Below, one piece after another: positions 1-15,146 of a stretch of DNA of 64,000 bases (position 1 is its first letter; every line of letters starts with the position of its first letter). The notes under the pieces are model-generated. The model ran no database searches. It saw only the letters and a program-made list of their open reading frames with translations, and was not told the DNA's origin. The stretch comes from the human T2T-CHM13v2.0 reference genome, Homo sapiens. The stretch lies in the NCBI RefSeq assembly GCF_009914755.1, contig NC_060925.1; one strand, written 5' to 3'. A program made the position numbers and the translations under genes.

Positions 1-337
1 TTATCATCGAATGGAATCGAATGGAATCAACATCAAACGGAAAAAAACGGAATTATCGAATGGAATCGAAGAGAATCATCGAATGGTCCCGAATGCAATC
101 ATCTAACGGAATGGAATGGAATAATCCATGGACTCGAATGCAATCATCATCGAATGGAATCGAATGGAATCATCAAATGGACTCGAATGAAATAATCATC
201 GAACGGAATCGAATGGAATCATCATCGGATGGAAATGAATGGAATCATCATCGAATGGAATCGAATAGAATTATGGAATGAAATCCAGTGTCGTCATCAT
301 CGTATGGACCCGAATGGAATCATCATCCAACGGAAGC

Positions 338-348
338 TAATGGAATCA
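338..348 (+). promoter_or_regulatory. DUX4-type double-homeodomain motif TAATGGAATCA (first instance; recurs about twice per unit, e.g. 1181-1191)
   Basis: Matches the degenerate consensus TAAYBBAATCA. DUX4 is known to bind HSATII and drive its transcription. Occupancy of these particular sites cannot be shown from sequence. Confidence 0.45.
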
Positions 349-3300
349 ACATCGAATTAATCGAATGGAAACACCATCGAATTGAAACGAGTGGAATTAT
401 CATGAAATTGAAATGGATGGACTCATCATCGAATGGATTCGAATGGAATCATCGAATAAAATTGATTGAAATCATCATCAAATGGAATCGAATGGTATCA
501 TTGAATGGAATCGAATGGAATCATCATCAGATGGAAATGAATGGAATCGTCATAGAATGGAATCGAATGGATTCATTGAATGGAATCAGATGGAATCTTC
601 GAATGGACTGGAATGGAATCATTGAATGGACTCGAAAGGGATCATTATTGAATGGAATTGAATGGAATCATCGAATGGTCTCGATTGGAATCATTATCAA
701 ATGGAATCGAATGGAATCACCGAATAGAATCGAATGGAACAATCATCGAATGGACTCAAATGGAATTATCCTCAAGTGGAATTGAATGGAATTATCGAAT
801 GCAATCGAATGGAATTATCGAATGCAATCGAATAGAATCATCGAATGGACTCGAATGGAATCATCGAATGGAATGGAATGGAACAGTCAATGAACTCGAA
901 TGGAATCATCATTGAATGGAATCGAATGGAATCATCGAGTGGAATCGAATGGAATTATGATCAAATGGAATCGAATGTAATCATCATCAAATGGAATCAA
1001 AAATAACCATCATCAATTGGTATTGAATGGAATTGTCATCAAATGGAATTCAAAGGAATCATCATCAAATGGAACCGAATGGAAACCTCATTGAATGGAA
1101 ATGAAAGGGGTCATCATCTAATGGAATCGCATGGAATCATCATCAAATGGAATCGAATGGAATCATCATCAAATGGAATCTAATGGAATCATTGAACAGA
1201 ATTGAATGGAATCGTCAGCGAATGAATTGATTGCAATCATCGAATGGTCTCGAATGGAATCATCTTCTAATGGAAAGGAATGGAATCATCGCATAGAATC
1301 GAATGGAATTAACATTGAATGGACTCGAATGGAATCCACATCAAACGGAATCAAGCGGAATTATCGAATGGAATCGAAGAGAATCATCGAATGGACTCGA
1401 ATGGAATCATCTAATGGAATGGAATGGAATAATCCCCGGACTCGAATGCAATCATCATCGTATAGAATCGAATGGAATCATTGAATGGACTCGAATGGAA
1501 TAATCATTGAACGGAATCGAATGGAATCATCATCGGATGGAAACGAATGGAATCATCATCGAATGGAAATGAAAGGAGTCATCATCTAATGGAATTGCAT
1601 GCAATCATCATAAAATGGAATCGAATGGAATCAACATCAAATGGAATCAAATGGAATCATTGAACGGAATTGAATGGAATCGTCATCGAATGAATTGGAT
1701 GCAATCATCGAATGGTCTCGAATGGAATCATCTTCAAATGGAATGGAATGGAATCATCGCATAGAATCGAATGGAATTATCATCAAATGTTATCGAATGG
1801 TATCAACAACAAACGGAACAAAACGGAATTATCGAATGGAATCGAAGAGAATCATCGAACGGACCTGAATGGAATCATCTAATGGAATGGAATGGAATAA
1901 TCCATGGACTCGAATGCAATCATCATCGAATGGAATCGAATGGAATCATCGAATGGACCCGAATGGAATAATCATTGAACGGAATCGAATGGAATCATCA
2001 TCGGATGATAACGAATGGAATCATCATCGAATGGAAATGAAAGGAGTCAACTAATGGAATTGCACGGAATCAACATAAAATGGAATCGAATGGAATCAAC
2101 ATCAAATGGAATCAAATGGAATCATTGAACGGAATTGAATGGAATAGTCATCGAATGAATTGAATGCAATCATCGAATGGTCTCGAATGGAATCATCTTC
2201 AAATGGAATGGAATGGAATCATCGCATAGAATCGAATGGAATTATCATCGAATGGAATCGAATGGAATCAACATCAAACGGAAAAAAACGGAATTATCGA
2301 ATGGAATCGAAGAGAATCATCGAATGGTCCCGAATGGAATCATCTAATGGAATGGAATGGAATAATCCATGGACTCGAATGCAATCATCATCGAATGGAA
2401 TCGAATGGAATCATCGAATGGACTCGAATGGAATAATCATTGAACGGAATCGAATGGAATCATCATCGGATGGAAATGAATGGAATCATTATCGAATGGA
2501 ATCGAATAGAATTATGGAATGAAATCCAGTGTGATCATCATCGAATGGACCCGAATGGAATCATCATCCAACGGAAGCTAATGGAATCAACATCGAATGA
2601 ATCAAATGGAAACACCATCGAATTGAAACGAGTGGAATTATCATGAAATTGAAATGGATGGACTCATCATCGAATGGATTCGAATGGAATCATCGAATAA
2701 AATTGATTGAAATCATCATCAAATGGAATCGAATGGTATCATTGAATGGAATCGAATGGAATCATCATCAGATGTAAATGAATGGAATCGTCATAGAATG
2801 GAATCGAATGGATTCATTGAATGGAATCAGATGGAATCATCGAATGGACTGGAATGGAATCATTGAATGGACTCGAAAGGGATCATTATTGAATGCAATT
2901 GAATGGAATCATCGAATGGTCTCGATTGGAGTCATTATCAAATGGAATCGAATGGAATCACCGAATAGAATCGAATGGAACAATCATCGAATGGAGTCAA
3001 ATGGAATTATCCTCAAATGGAATCGAATGGAATTATCAAATGCAATCGAATGGAATTATCGAATGCAATCGAATAGAATCATCGAATGGACTCGAATGGA
3101 ATCATCGAATGGAATGGAATGGAACAGTCAGTGAACTCGAATGGAATCATCATTGAATGGAATCGAATGGAATCATCGAGTGGAATCGAATGGAATTATG
3201 ATCAAATGGAATCGAATGTAATCATCAACAAATGGAATCAAAGATAACCATCATCAATTGGTATTGAATGGAATTGTCATCAAATGGAATTCAAAGGAAT

Positions 3301-5135
3301 CATCACCAAATGGAACCGAATGGAATCCTCATTGAATGGAAATGAAACGGGTCATCATCTAATGGAATCGCATGGAATCATCATCAAATGGAATCGAATG
3401 GAATCATCATCAAATGGAATCTAATGGAATCATTGAACAGAATTGAATGGAATCGTCATCGAATGAATTGAATGCAATCATCGAATGGTATCAAATGAAA
3501 TCATCTTCTAATGGAAAGGAATGGAATCATCGCATAGAATCGAATGGAATTAACATTGAATGGACTCGAATGGAATCAACATCAAACGGAATCAAGCGGA
3601 ATTATCGAATGGAATCGAAGAGAATCATCGAATGGACTCGAATGGAATCATCTAATGGAATGGAATGGAATAATCAACGGACTCGAATGCAATCATCATC
3701 GTATAGAATCGAATGGAATCATCGAATGGACTCGAATGGAATAATCATTGAACGGAATCGAATGGAATCATCATCGGATGGAAACGAATGGAATCATCAT
3801 CGAATGGAAATGAAAGGAGTCAACTAATGGAATTGCACGGAATCATCATAAAATGGAATCGAATGGAATCGACATCAAATGGAATCAAGTGGAATCATTG
3901 AACGAAATTGAATGGAATCATCGACGAATGAATTGAATGCAATCATCGAATGGTCTCGAATGGAATCATCTTCAAATGGAATGGAATGGAATCATCGCAT
4001 AGAATCGAATGGAATTATCATCGAATGGAATCGAATGGAATCAACATCAAACGGAAAAAAACGGAATTATCGAACGGAATCGAAGAGAATCATCGAATGG
4101 TTCCGAATGGAATCATCTAATTTAATGGAATGGAATAATCCATGGACTCGAAAGCAATCATCATCGAATGGAAGCGAATGGAATCATCAAATGGACTCGA
4201 ATGTAATAATCATCGAACGGAATCGAATGGAATCATCATCTGATGGAAACGAATGGAATCATCATCGAATGGAATCGAATAGAATTATGGAATGAAATCC
4301 AGTGTCGTCATCATCGTATGGACCCGAATGGAATCATCATCCAACGGAAGCTAATGGAATCAACATCGAATGAATCGAATGGAAACACCATGGAATTGAA
4401 ACGAGTGGAATTATCATGAAATTGAAATGGATGGACTCATCATCGAATGGATTCGAATGGAATCATCGAATAAAATTGATTGAAATCATCATCAAATGGA
4501 ATCGAATGGTATCATTGAATGGAATCGAATGGAATCATCATCAGATGGAAATGAATGGAATCGTCATAGAATGGAATCGAATGGATTCATTGAATGGAAT
4601 CAGATGGAATCATCGAATGGACTGGAATGGAATCATTGAATGGACTCGAAAGGGATCATTATTGAATGCAATTGAATGGAATCATCGAATGGTCTCGATT
4701 GGTATCATTATCAAATGGAATCGAATGGAATCACCGAATAGAATCGAATGGAACAATCATCGAATGGAGTCAAATGGAATTATCCTCAAATGGAATCGAA
4801 TGGAATTATCGAATGCAATCGAATGGAATTATCGAATGCAATCGAATAGAATCATCGAATGGACTCGAATGGAATCATCGAATGGAATGGAATGGAACAG
4901 TCAATGAACTCGAATGGAATCATCATTGAATGGAATCGAATGGAATCATCGAGTGGAATCGAATGGAATTATGATCAAATGGAATCGAATGTAATCATCA
5001 ACAAATGGAATCAAAGATAACCATCATCAATTGGTATTGAATGGAATTCTCATCAAATGGAATTCAAAGGAATCATCACCAAATGTAACCGAATGGAATC
5101 CTCATTGAATGGAAATGAAAGGGGTCATCATCTAT

Positions 5136-8100
5136 TGGAATCGCATGGAATCATCATCAAATGGAATCGAATGGAATCATCATCAAATGGAATCTAATGG
5201 AATCATTGAACAGAATTGAATGGAATCGTCATCGAATGAATTGAATGCAGTCATCGAATGGTCTCGAATGGAATCATCTTCTAATGGAAAAGAATGGAAT
5301 CATCGCATAGAATCGAATGGAATTAACATTGAATGGACTCGAATGGCATCCACATCAAACGGAATCAAGCGGAATTATCGAATGGAATCGAAGAGAATCA
5401 TCGAATTGACACGAATGGAATCATCTAATGGAATGGAATGGAATAATCCACGGACTCGAATGCAATCATCATCATATAGAATCGAATGGAATCATCGAAT
5501 GGACTCGAATGGATTAATCATTGAACGGAATCAAATGGAATCATCATCGAATGGAAACGAATGGAATCATCATCGAATGGAAATGAAAAGAGTCATCATC
5601 TAATGGAATTGCATGGAATCATCATAAAATGGAATCGAATGGAATCAACATCAAATGGAATCAAATGGAATCATTGAACGGAATTGAATGGAATCGTCAT
5701 CGAATGAATTGAATGCAATCATCGAATGATCTCGAATGGAATCATCTTCAGATGGAAAGGAATGGAATCATCGCATAGAATCGAATGGAATTAAAATTGA
5801 ATGGACTCGAATGGAATCAACATCAAACGGAAAAAAACGGAATTATCGAATGGAATCGAAGAGAATCATCGAATGGACCCGAATGTAATCATCTAATGGA
5901 AAGGAATGGAATAATCCATGGACTCGAATGCAATCATCATCGAATGGAATCGAATGGAATCATCGAATGGACACGAATGGAATAATCATTGAAAGGAATC
6001 GAATGGAATCATCATCGGATGGAAACGAATGGAATCATCATCGAATGGAAATGAAAGGAGTCATATAATGGAATTGCATGGAATCATCATAAAATGGAAT
6101 CGAATGGAATCAACATCAAATGGAATCCAATGGAATCATTGAACGGAATTGAATGGAATCGTCATCGAATGAATTGAATGCAATGATCGAATGGTCTCGA
6201 ATGGAATCATCTTCAAATGGAATGAGTGGAATCATCGCATAGAATCGAATGGAATTATCATCGAATGGAATCGAATGGAATCAACATCAAACGGAAAAAA
6301 ATGGAATTATCGAATGGAATCGAAGAGAATCATCGAATGGACCCGAATGGAATCATCTAATGGAATGGAATGGAATAATCCATGGACTCGAATGCAATCA
6401 ACATCGAATGGAATCGAATGCAATCATCGAATGGACTCGAATGGAATAATCATCGAACGGAATCGAATGGAATCATCATCGGATGGAAATGAATGGAATC
6501 ATCATCGAATGGAATCGAATAGAATTATGGAATGAAATCCAGTGTGATCATCATCGAATGGACCCGAATGGAATCATCATCCAACGGAAGCTAATGGAAT
6601 CAACATCGAATGAATCGAATGGAAACACCATCGAATTGAAACGAATGGAATTATCATGAAATTGAAATGGATGGACTCATCATCGAATGGATTCGAATGG
6701 AATCATCGAATAAAATTGATTGAAATCATCATCAAATGGAATCGAATGGTATCATTGAATGGAATCGAATGGAATCATCATCAGATGGAAATGAATGGAA
6801 TCGTCATAGAATGGAATCGAATGGATTCTTTGAATGGAATCAGATGGAATCATCGAATGGACTGGAATGGAATCTTTGAATGGACTCGAAAGGGATCATC
6901 ATTGAATGGAATTGAATGGAATCATCGAATGGTCTCGATTGGAATCATTATCAAATGGAATCGAATGAAATCACCGAATAGAATCGAATGGAACAATCAT
7001 CGAATGGACTCAAATGGAATTATCTTCAAATGGAATCGAATGGAATTATCGAATGCAATCGAATGGAATTATCGAATGCAATCGAATAGAATCATCGAAT
7101 GGACTCGAATGGAATCATCGAATGGAATGGAAAGGAACAGTCAATGAACTCGAATGGAATCATCATTGAATGGAATCGAATGGAATCATCGAGTGGAATC
7201 GAATGGAATTATGATCAAATGGAATCGAATGTAATCATCATCAAATGGAATCAAAAATAACCATCATCAATTGGTATTGAATGGATTGGTCATCAGAAGG
7301 AATTCAAAGGAATCATCATCAAATGGAACCGAATGGAATCCTCATTGAATGGAAATGAAAGGGGTCATCATCTAATGGAATCGCATGGAATCATCATCAA
7401 ATGGAATCGAATGGAATCATCATCAAATGGAATCTAATGGAATCATTGAACAGAATTGAATGGAATCGTCATCGAATGAATTGAATGCAGTCATCGAATG
7501 GTCTCGAATGGAATCATCTTCTAATGGAAAAGAATGGAATCATCGCATAGAATCGAATGGAATTAACATTGAATGGACTCGAATGGCATCCACATCAAAC
7601 GGAATCAAGCGGAATTATCGAATGGAATCGAAGAGAATCATCGAATTGACACGAATGGAATCATCTAATGGAATGGAATGGAATAATCCACGGACTCGAA
7701 TGCAATCATCATCATATAGAATCGAATGGAATCATCGAATGGACTCGAATGGATTAATCATTGAACGGAATCAAATGGAATCATCATCGAATGGAAACGA
7801 ATGGAATCATCATCGAATGGAAATGAAAAGAGTCATCATCTAATGGAATTGCATGGAATCATCATAAAATGGAATCGAATGGAATCAACATCAAATGGAA
7901 TCAAATGGAATCATTGAACGGAATTGAATGGAATCGTCATCGAATGAATTGAATGCAATCATCGAATGATCTCGAATGGAATCATCTTCAGATGGAAAGG
8001 AATGGAATCATCGCATAGAATCGAATGGAATTAAAATTGAATGGACTCGAATGGAATCAACATCAAACGGAAAAAAACGGAATTATCGAATGGAATCGAA

Positions 8101-9615
8101 GAGAATCATCGAATGGACCCGAATGTAATCATCTAATGGAAAGGAATGGAATAATCCATGGACTCGAATGCAATCATCATCGAATGGAATCGAATGGAAT
8201 CATCGAATGGACACGAATGGAATAATCATTGAAAGGAATCGAATGGAATCATCATCGGATGGAAACGAATGGAATCATCATCGAATGGAAATGAAAGGAG
8301 TCATATAATGGAATTGCATGGAATCATCATAAAATGGAATCGAATGGAATCAACATCAAATGGAATCCAATGGAATCATTGAACGGAATTGAATGGAATC
8401 GTCATCGAATGAATTGAATGCAATGATCGAATGGTCTCGAATGGAATCATCTTCAAATGGAATGAGTGGAATCATCGCATAGAATCGAATGGAATTATCA
8501 TCGAATGGAATCGAATGGAATCAACATCAAACGGAAAAAAATGGAATTATCGAATGGAATCGAAGAGAATCATCGAATGGACCCGAATGGAATCATCTAA
8601 TGGAATGGAATGGAATAATCCATGGACTCGAATGCAATCAACATCGAATGGAATCGAATGCAATCATCGAATGGACTCGAATGGAATAATCATCGAACGG
8701 AATCGAATGGAATCATCATCGGATGGAAATGAATGGAATCATCATCGAATGGAATCGAATAGAATTATGGAATGAAATCCAGTGTGATCATCATCGAATG
8801 GACCCGAATGGAATCATCATCCAACGGAAGCTAATGGAATCAACATCGAATGAATCGAATGGAAACACCATCGAATTGAAACGAATGGAATTATCATGAA
8901 ATTGAAATGGATGGACTCATCATCGAATGGATTCGAATGGAATCATCGAATAAAATTGATTGAAATCATCATCAAATGGAATCGAATGGTATCATTGAAT
9001 GGAATCGAATGGAATCATCATCAGATGGAAATGAATGGAATCGTCATAGAATGGAATCGAATGGATTCATTGAATGGAATCAGATGGAATCATCGAATGG
9101 ACTGGAAAGGAATCTTTGAATGGACTCGAAAGGGATCATCATTGAATGGAATTGAATGGAATCATCGAATGGTCTCGATTGGAATCATTATCAAATGGAA
9201 TCGAATGAAATCACCGAATAGAATCGAATGGAACAATCATCGAATGGACTCAAATGGAATTATCTTCAAATGGAATCGAATGGAATTATCGAATGCAATC
9301 GAATGGAATTATCGAATGCAATCGAATAGAATCATCGAATGGACTCGAATGGAATCATCGAATGGAATGGAAAGGAACAGTCAATGAACTCGAATGGAAT
9401 CATCATTGAATGGAATCGAATGGAATCATCGAGTGGAATCGAATGGAATTATGATCAAATGGAATCGAATGTAATCATCATCAAATGGAATCAAAAATAA
9501 CCATCATCAATTGGTATTGAATGGATTGGTCATCAAAAGGAATTCAAAGGAATCATCATCAAATGGAACCGAATGGAATCCTCATTGAATGGAAATGAAA
9601 GGGGTCATCATCTAA
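5136..9615 (+). repeat. Recent 2240-bp tandem duplication (two near-identical n=3 units)
   Basis: ORF translations are identical or nearly so at offset 2240 (5220/7460, 5785/8025, 6191/8431, 6656/8896). Private variants GCAGTC, GGCATCC, AATTGACACG and AATGAGTGG are shared. Confidence 0.93.
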
Positions 9616-11930
9616 TGGAATCGCATGGAATCATCATCAAATGGAATCGAATGGAATCATCATCAAATGGAATCTAATGGAATCATTGAACAGAATTGAA
9701 TGGAATCGTCATCGAATGAATTGAATGCAATCATCGAATGGTCTCGAATGGAATCATCTTCTAATGGAAAGGAATGGAATCATCGCATAGAATCGAATGT
9801 AATTAACATTGAATGGACTCGAATGGAATCCACATCAAACGGAATCAAGCGGAATTATCGAATGGAATCGAAGAGAATCATCGAATGGACTCGAATGGAA
9901 TCATCTAATGGAATGGAATGGAATAATCCACGGACTCGAATGCAATCATCATCATATAGAATCGAATGGAATCATCGAATGGACTCGAATGGATTAATCA
10001 TTGAACGGAATCAAATGGAATCATCATCGCATGGAAACGAATGGAATCATCATCGAATGGAAATGAAAAGAGTCATCATCTAATGGAATTGCATGGAATC
10101 ATCATAAAATGGAATCGAATGGAATCAACATCAAATGGAATCAAATGGAATCATTGAACGGAATTGAATGGAATCGTCATCGAATGAATTGAATGCAATC
10201 ATCGTATGGTCTCGAATGGAATCATCTTCTAATGGAAAGGAATGGAATCATCGCATAGAATCGAATGGAATTAAAATTGAATGGACTCGAATGGAATCAA
10301 CATCAAACGGAAAAAAACGGAATTATCGAATGGAATCGAAGAGAATCTTCGAATGGCCCCGAATGGAATCATCTAATGGAATGGAATGGAATAATCCATG
10401 GACTCGAATGCAATCATCATCGAATGGAATCGAATGGAATCATCGAATGGACACGAATGGAATAATCATTGAACGGAATCGAATGGAATCATCATCGGAT
10501 GGAAACGAATGGAATCATCATCGAATGGAAATGAAAGCAGTCATGTAATGGAATTGCATGGAATCATCATAAAATGGAATCGAATGGTATCAACATCAAA
10601 TGGAATCAAATGGAATCACTGAATGGAATTGAATGAGATCGTCATCGAATGAATTGAATGCAATCATCGAATGGTCTCGAATGGAATCATCTTCAAATGG
10701 AATGGAATGGAATCATCGCATAGAATCGAATGGAATTATCATCGAATGGTATCAACATCAAACGGAATAAAACGGAATTATCGAATGGAATCGAAGAGAA
10801 CCATCGAATGGACCCGAATGGAATCATCTAATGGAGTGGAATGGAATAATCCATGGACTCACATGCAATCATCATCGAATGGAATCAAATGGAATCATCG
10901 AATGGACTCGAATGGAATAATCTTCGAACGGAATCGAATGGAATCATCATCGGATGGAAATGAATGGAATCATCATCGAATGGAATCGAATAGAATTATG
11001 GAATGAAATCCAGTGTGATCATCATCGAATGGACCCGAATGGAATCATCATCCAACGGAAGCTAATGGAATCAACATCGAATGAATCGAATGGAAACACC
11101 ATCGAATTGAAACGAATGGAATTATCATGAAATTGAAATGGATGGACTCATCATCGAATGGATTCGAATGGAATCATCGAATAAAATTGATTGAAATCAT
11201 CATCAAATGGAATCGAATGGTATCATTGAATGGAATCGAATGGAATCATCATCAGATGGAAATGAATGGAATCGTCATAGAATGGAATCGAATGGATTCA
11301 TTGAATGGAATCAGATGGAATCATCGAATGGACTGGAATGGAATCACTGAATGGACTCGAAAGGGATCATCATTGAATGGAATTGAATGGAATCATCGAA
11401 TGGTCTCGATTGGAATCATTATCAAATGGAATCGAATGAAATCACCGAATAGAATCGAATGGAACAATCATCGAATGGACTCAAATGGAATTATCTTCAA
11501 ATGGAATCGAATGGAATTATCGAATGCAATCGAATGGAATTATCGAATGCAATCGAATAGAATCATCGAATGGACTCGAATGGAATCATCGAATGGAATG
11601 GAATGGAACAGTCAATGAACTCGAATGGAATCATCATTGAATGGAATCGAATGGAATCATCGAGTGGAATCGAATGGAATTATGATCAAATGGAATCGAA
11701 TGTAATCATCATCAAATGGAATCAAAAATAACCATCATCAATTGGTATTGAATGGATTTGTCATCAAATGGAATTCAAAGGAATCATCATCAAATGGAAC
11801 CGAATGGAATCCTCATTGAATGGAAATGAAAGGGGTCATCATCTAATGGAATCGCATGGAATCATCATCAAATGGAATCGAATGCAATCTTCATCAAATG
11901 GAATCTAATGGAATCATTGAACAGAATTGA

Positions 11931-13249
11931 ATGGAATCGTCATCGAATGAATTGAATGCAATCATCGAATGGTCTCGAATGGAATCATCTTCTAATGGAA
12001 AGGAATGGAATCATCGCATAGAATCGAATGGAATTAACATTGAATGGACTCGAATGGAATCCACATCAAACGGAATCAAGCGGAATTATCGAATGGAATC
12101 AAAGAGAATCATCGAATGGACTCGAATGGAATCATCTAATGGAATGGAATGGAATAATCCACGGACTCGAATGCAATCATCATCGTATAGAATCGAATGG
12201 AATCATCGAATGGACTCGAATGGAATAATCATTGAACGGAATCAAATGGAATCATCATCGGATGGAAACGAATGGAATCATCATCGAATGGAAACGAAAA
12301 GAGTCATCATCTAATGGAATTGCATGGAATCATCATAAAATGGAATCGAATGGAATCAACATCAAATGGAATCAAGTGGAATCGTTGAACGAAATTGAAT
12401 GGAATCGTCATCGAATGAATTGAATGCAATCATCGAATGGTCTCGAATGGAATCATCTTCAAATGGAATGGTATGGAATCCTCGCATAGAATCGAATGTA
12501 ATTATCATCAAATGGAATCGAATGAAATCAACAACAAACGGAAAAAAACGGAATTATCGAATGGAATCGAAGAGAATCATCGAATGGACCCGAATGGAAT
12601 CATCTCATGGAATGGAATGGAATAATCCATGGACTCGAATGCAATCATCATCGAATGGAATCGAATCGAATCATCGAATGGACTCGAATGGAATAATCAT
12701 TGAACGGAATCGAATGGAATCATCATCAGATGGAAACGAATGGAATCATCATCGAATGGAAATGAAAGGATTCATCATCTAATGGAATTGCATGGAATCA
12801 TCATAAAATGGAATCGAATGGAATCAACATCAAATGGAATCAAATGGAATCATTGAACGGAATTGAATGGAATCGTCAACGAATGAATTGAATGCAATCA
12901 TCGAATGGTCTCGAATGGAATCATCTTCAAATGGAATGGAATGGAATCATCGCATAGAATCGAATGGAATTATCATCGAATGGAATCGAATGGAATCAAC
13001 ATCAAACGGAAAAATCGGAATTATCGTATGGAATCGAAGAGAATCATCGAATGGACCCGAATGGAATCATCTAATGGAGTGGAATGGAATAATCCATGGA
13101 CTCAAATGCAATCATCATCGAATGGAATCGAATGGAATCATCGAATGGACTCGAATGGAATAATCATCAAACTGAATCGAATGGAGTCATCATCGGATGG
13201 AAATGAATGGAATCATCATCGAATGGAATCGAATAGAATTATGGAATGA
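11931..13249 (+). repeat. Three tandem 468-bp sub-repeats inside a 2243-bp unit (example of the n=3 class)
   Basis: Sub-repeat starts at 11931, 12399 and 12867 (spacing 468, 468). The last copy exits into the core via GAATAGAATTATGGAATGAAATCCAGTGTG. Confidence 0.92.
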
Positions 13250-15146
13250 AATCCAGTGTGATCATCATCGAATGGACCCGAATGGAATCATCATCCAACG
13301 GAAGCTAATGGAATCAACATCGAATGAATCGAATGGAAACACCATCGAATTGAAACGAATGGAATTATCATGAAATTGAAATGGATGGACTCATCATCGA
13401 ATGGATTCGAATGGAATCATCGAATAAAATTGATTGAAATCATCAACAAATGGAATCGAATGGTATCATTGAATGGAATCGAATGGAATCATCATCAGAT
13501 GGAAATGAATGGAATCGTCATAGAATGGAATCGAATGGATTCATTGAATGGAATCAGATGGAATCATCGAATGGACTGGAATGGAATCATTGAATGGACT
13601 CGAAAGGATTCATTATTGAATGGAATTGAATGGAATCATCGAATGGTCTCGATTGGAATCATTATCAAATGGAATCGAATGGAATCACCGAATAGAATCG
13701 AATGGAACAATCATCGAATGGACTCAAATGGAATTATCCTCAAATGGAATCGAATGGAAATATCGAATGCAATCGAATGGAATTATCGAATGCAATCAAA
13801 TAGAATCATCGAATGGACTCGAATGGAATCATCGAATGGAATGGAATGGAACAGTCAATGAACTCGAATGGAATCATCATTGAATGGAATCGAATGGAAT
13901 CATCGAGTGGAATCGAATGGAATTATGATCTAATGGAATGGAATGTAATCATCATCAAATGGAATCAAAAATAACCATCATCAATTGGTATTGAATGGAA
14001 TTGTCATCAAATGGAATTCAAAGGAATCATCATCAAATGGAACCGAATGGAATCCTCATTGAATGGAAATGAAAGGGGTCATCATCTAATGGAATCGCAT
14101 GGAATCATCATCAAATGGAATCGAATGGAATCATCATCAAATGGAATCTAATGGAATCATTGAACAGAATTGAATGGAATCGTCATCGAATGAATTGAAT
14201 GCAATCATCGAATGGTCTCGAATGGAATCATCTTCTAATGGAAAGGAATGGAATCACCGCATAGAATCGAATGGAATTAACATTGAATGGACTCGAATGG
14301 AATCCACATCAAACGGAATCAAGCGGAATTATCGAATGGAATCGAAGAGAATCATCGAATGGACTCGAATGGAATCATCTAATGGAATGGAATGGAATAA
14401 TCCACGGACTCGAATGCAATCATCATCGTATAGAATCGAATGGAATCATCGAAAGGACTCGAAAGGAATAATCATTGAACGGAATCAAATGGAATCATCA
14501 TCGGATGGAAACGAATGGAATCATCATCGAATGGAAATGAAAGGAGTCATCATCTAATGGAATTGCATGGAATCATCATAAAATGGAATCGAATGGAATC
14601 AACATCAAATGGAATCAAATGGAATCATTGAACGGAATTGAATGGAATCGTCATCGAATGAATTGAATGCAATCATCGAATGGTCTCGAATGGAATCATG
14701 TTCAAATGGAATGGAATGGAATCATCGCATAGAATCGAATGTAATTATCATCGAATGGAATCGAATGAAATCAACAACAAACGGAAAAAAAAGGAATTAT
14801 CGAATGGAATCAAAGAGAATCATCGAATGGACCCGAATGGAATCATCTAATGGAATGGAATGGAATAATCCATGGACTCGAATGCAATCATCATCGAATG
14901 GAATCGAATGGAATCATCGAATGGACTCGAATGGAATAATCATCGAACGGAATCGAATGGAATCATCATCGGATGGAAATGAATGGAATCACCATCGAAT
15001 GGAACTCGAATACAATTATGGAATGAAATCCAGTGTGATCATCATCGAATGCACCCGAATGGAATCATCATCCAACAGAATCTAATGGAAACAACATCGA
15101 ATGAATCGAATGGAAACACCATCGAATTGAAACGAGTGGAATTATC

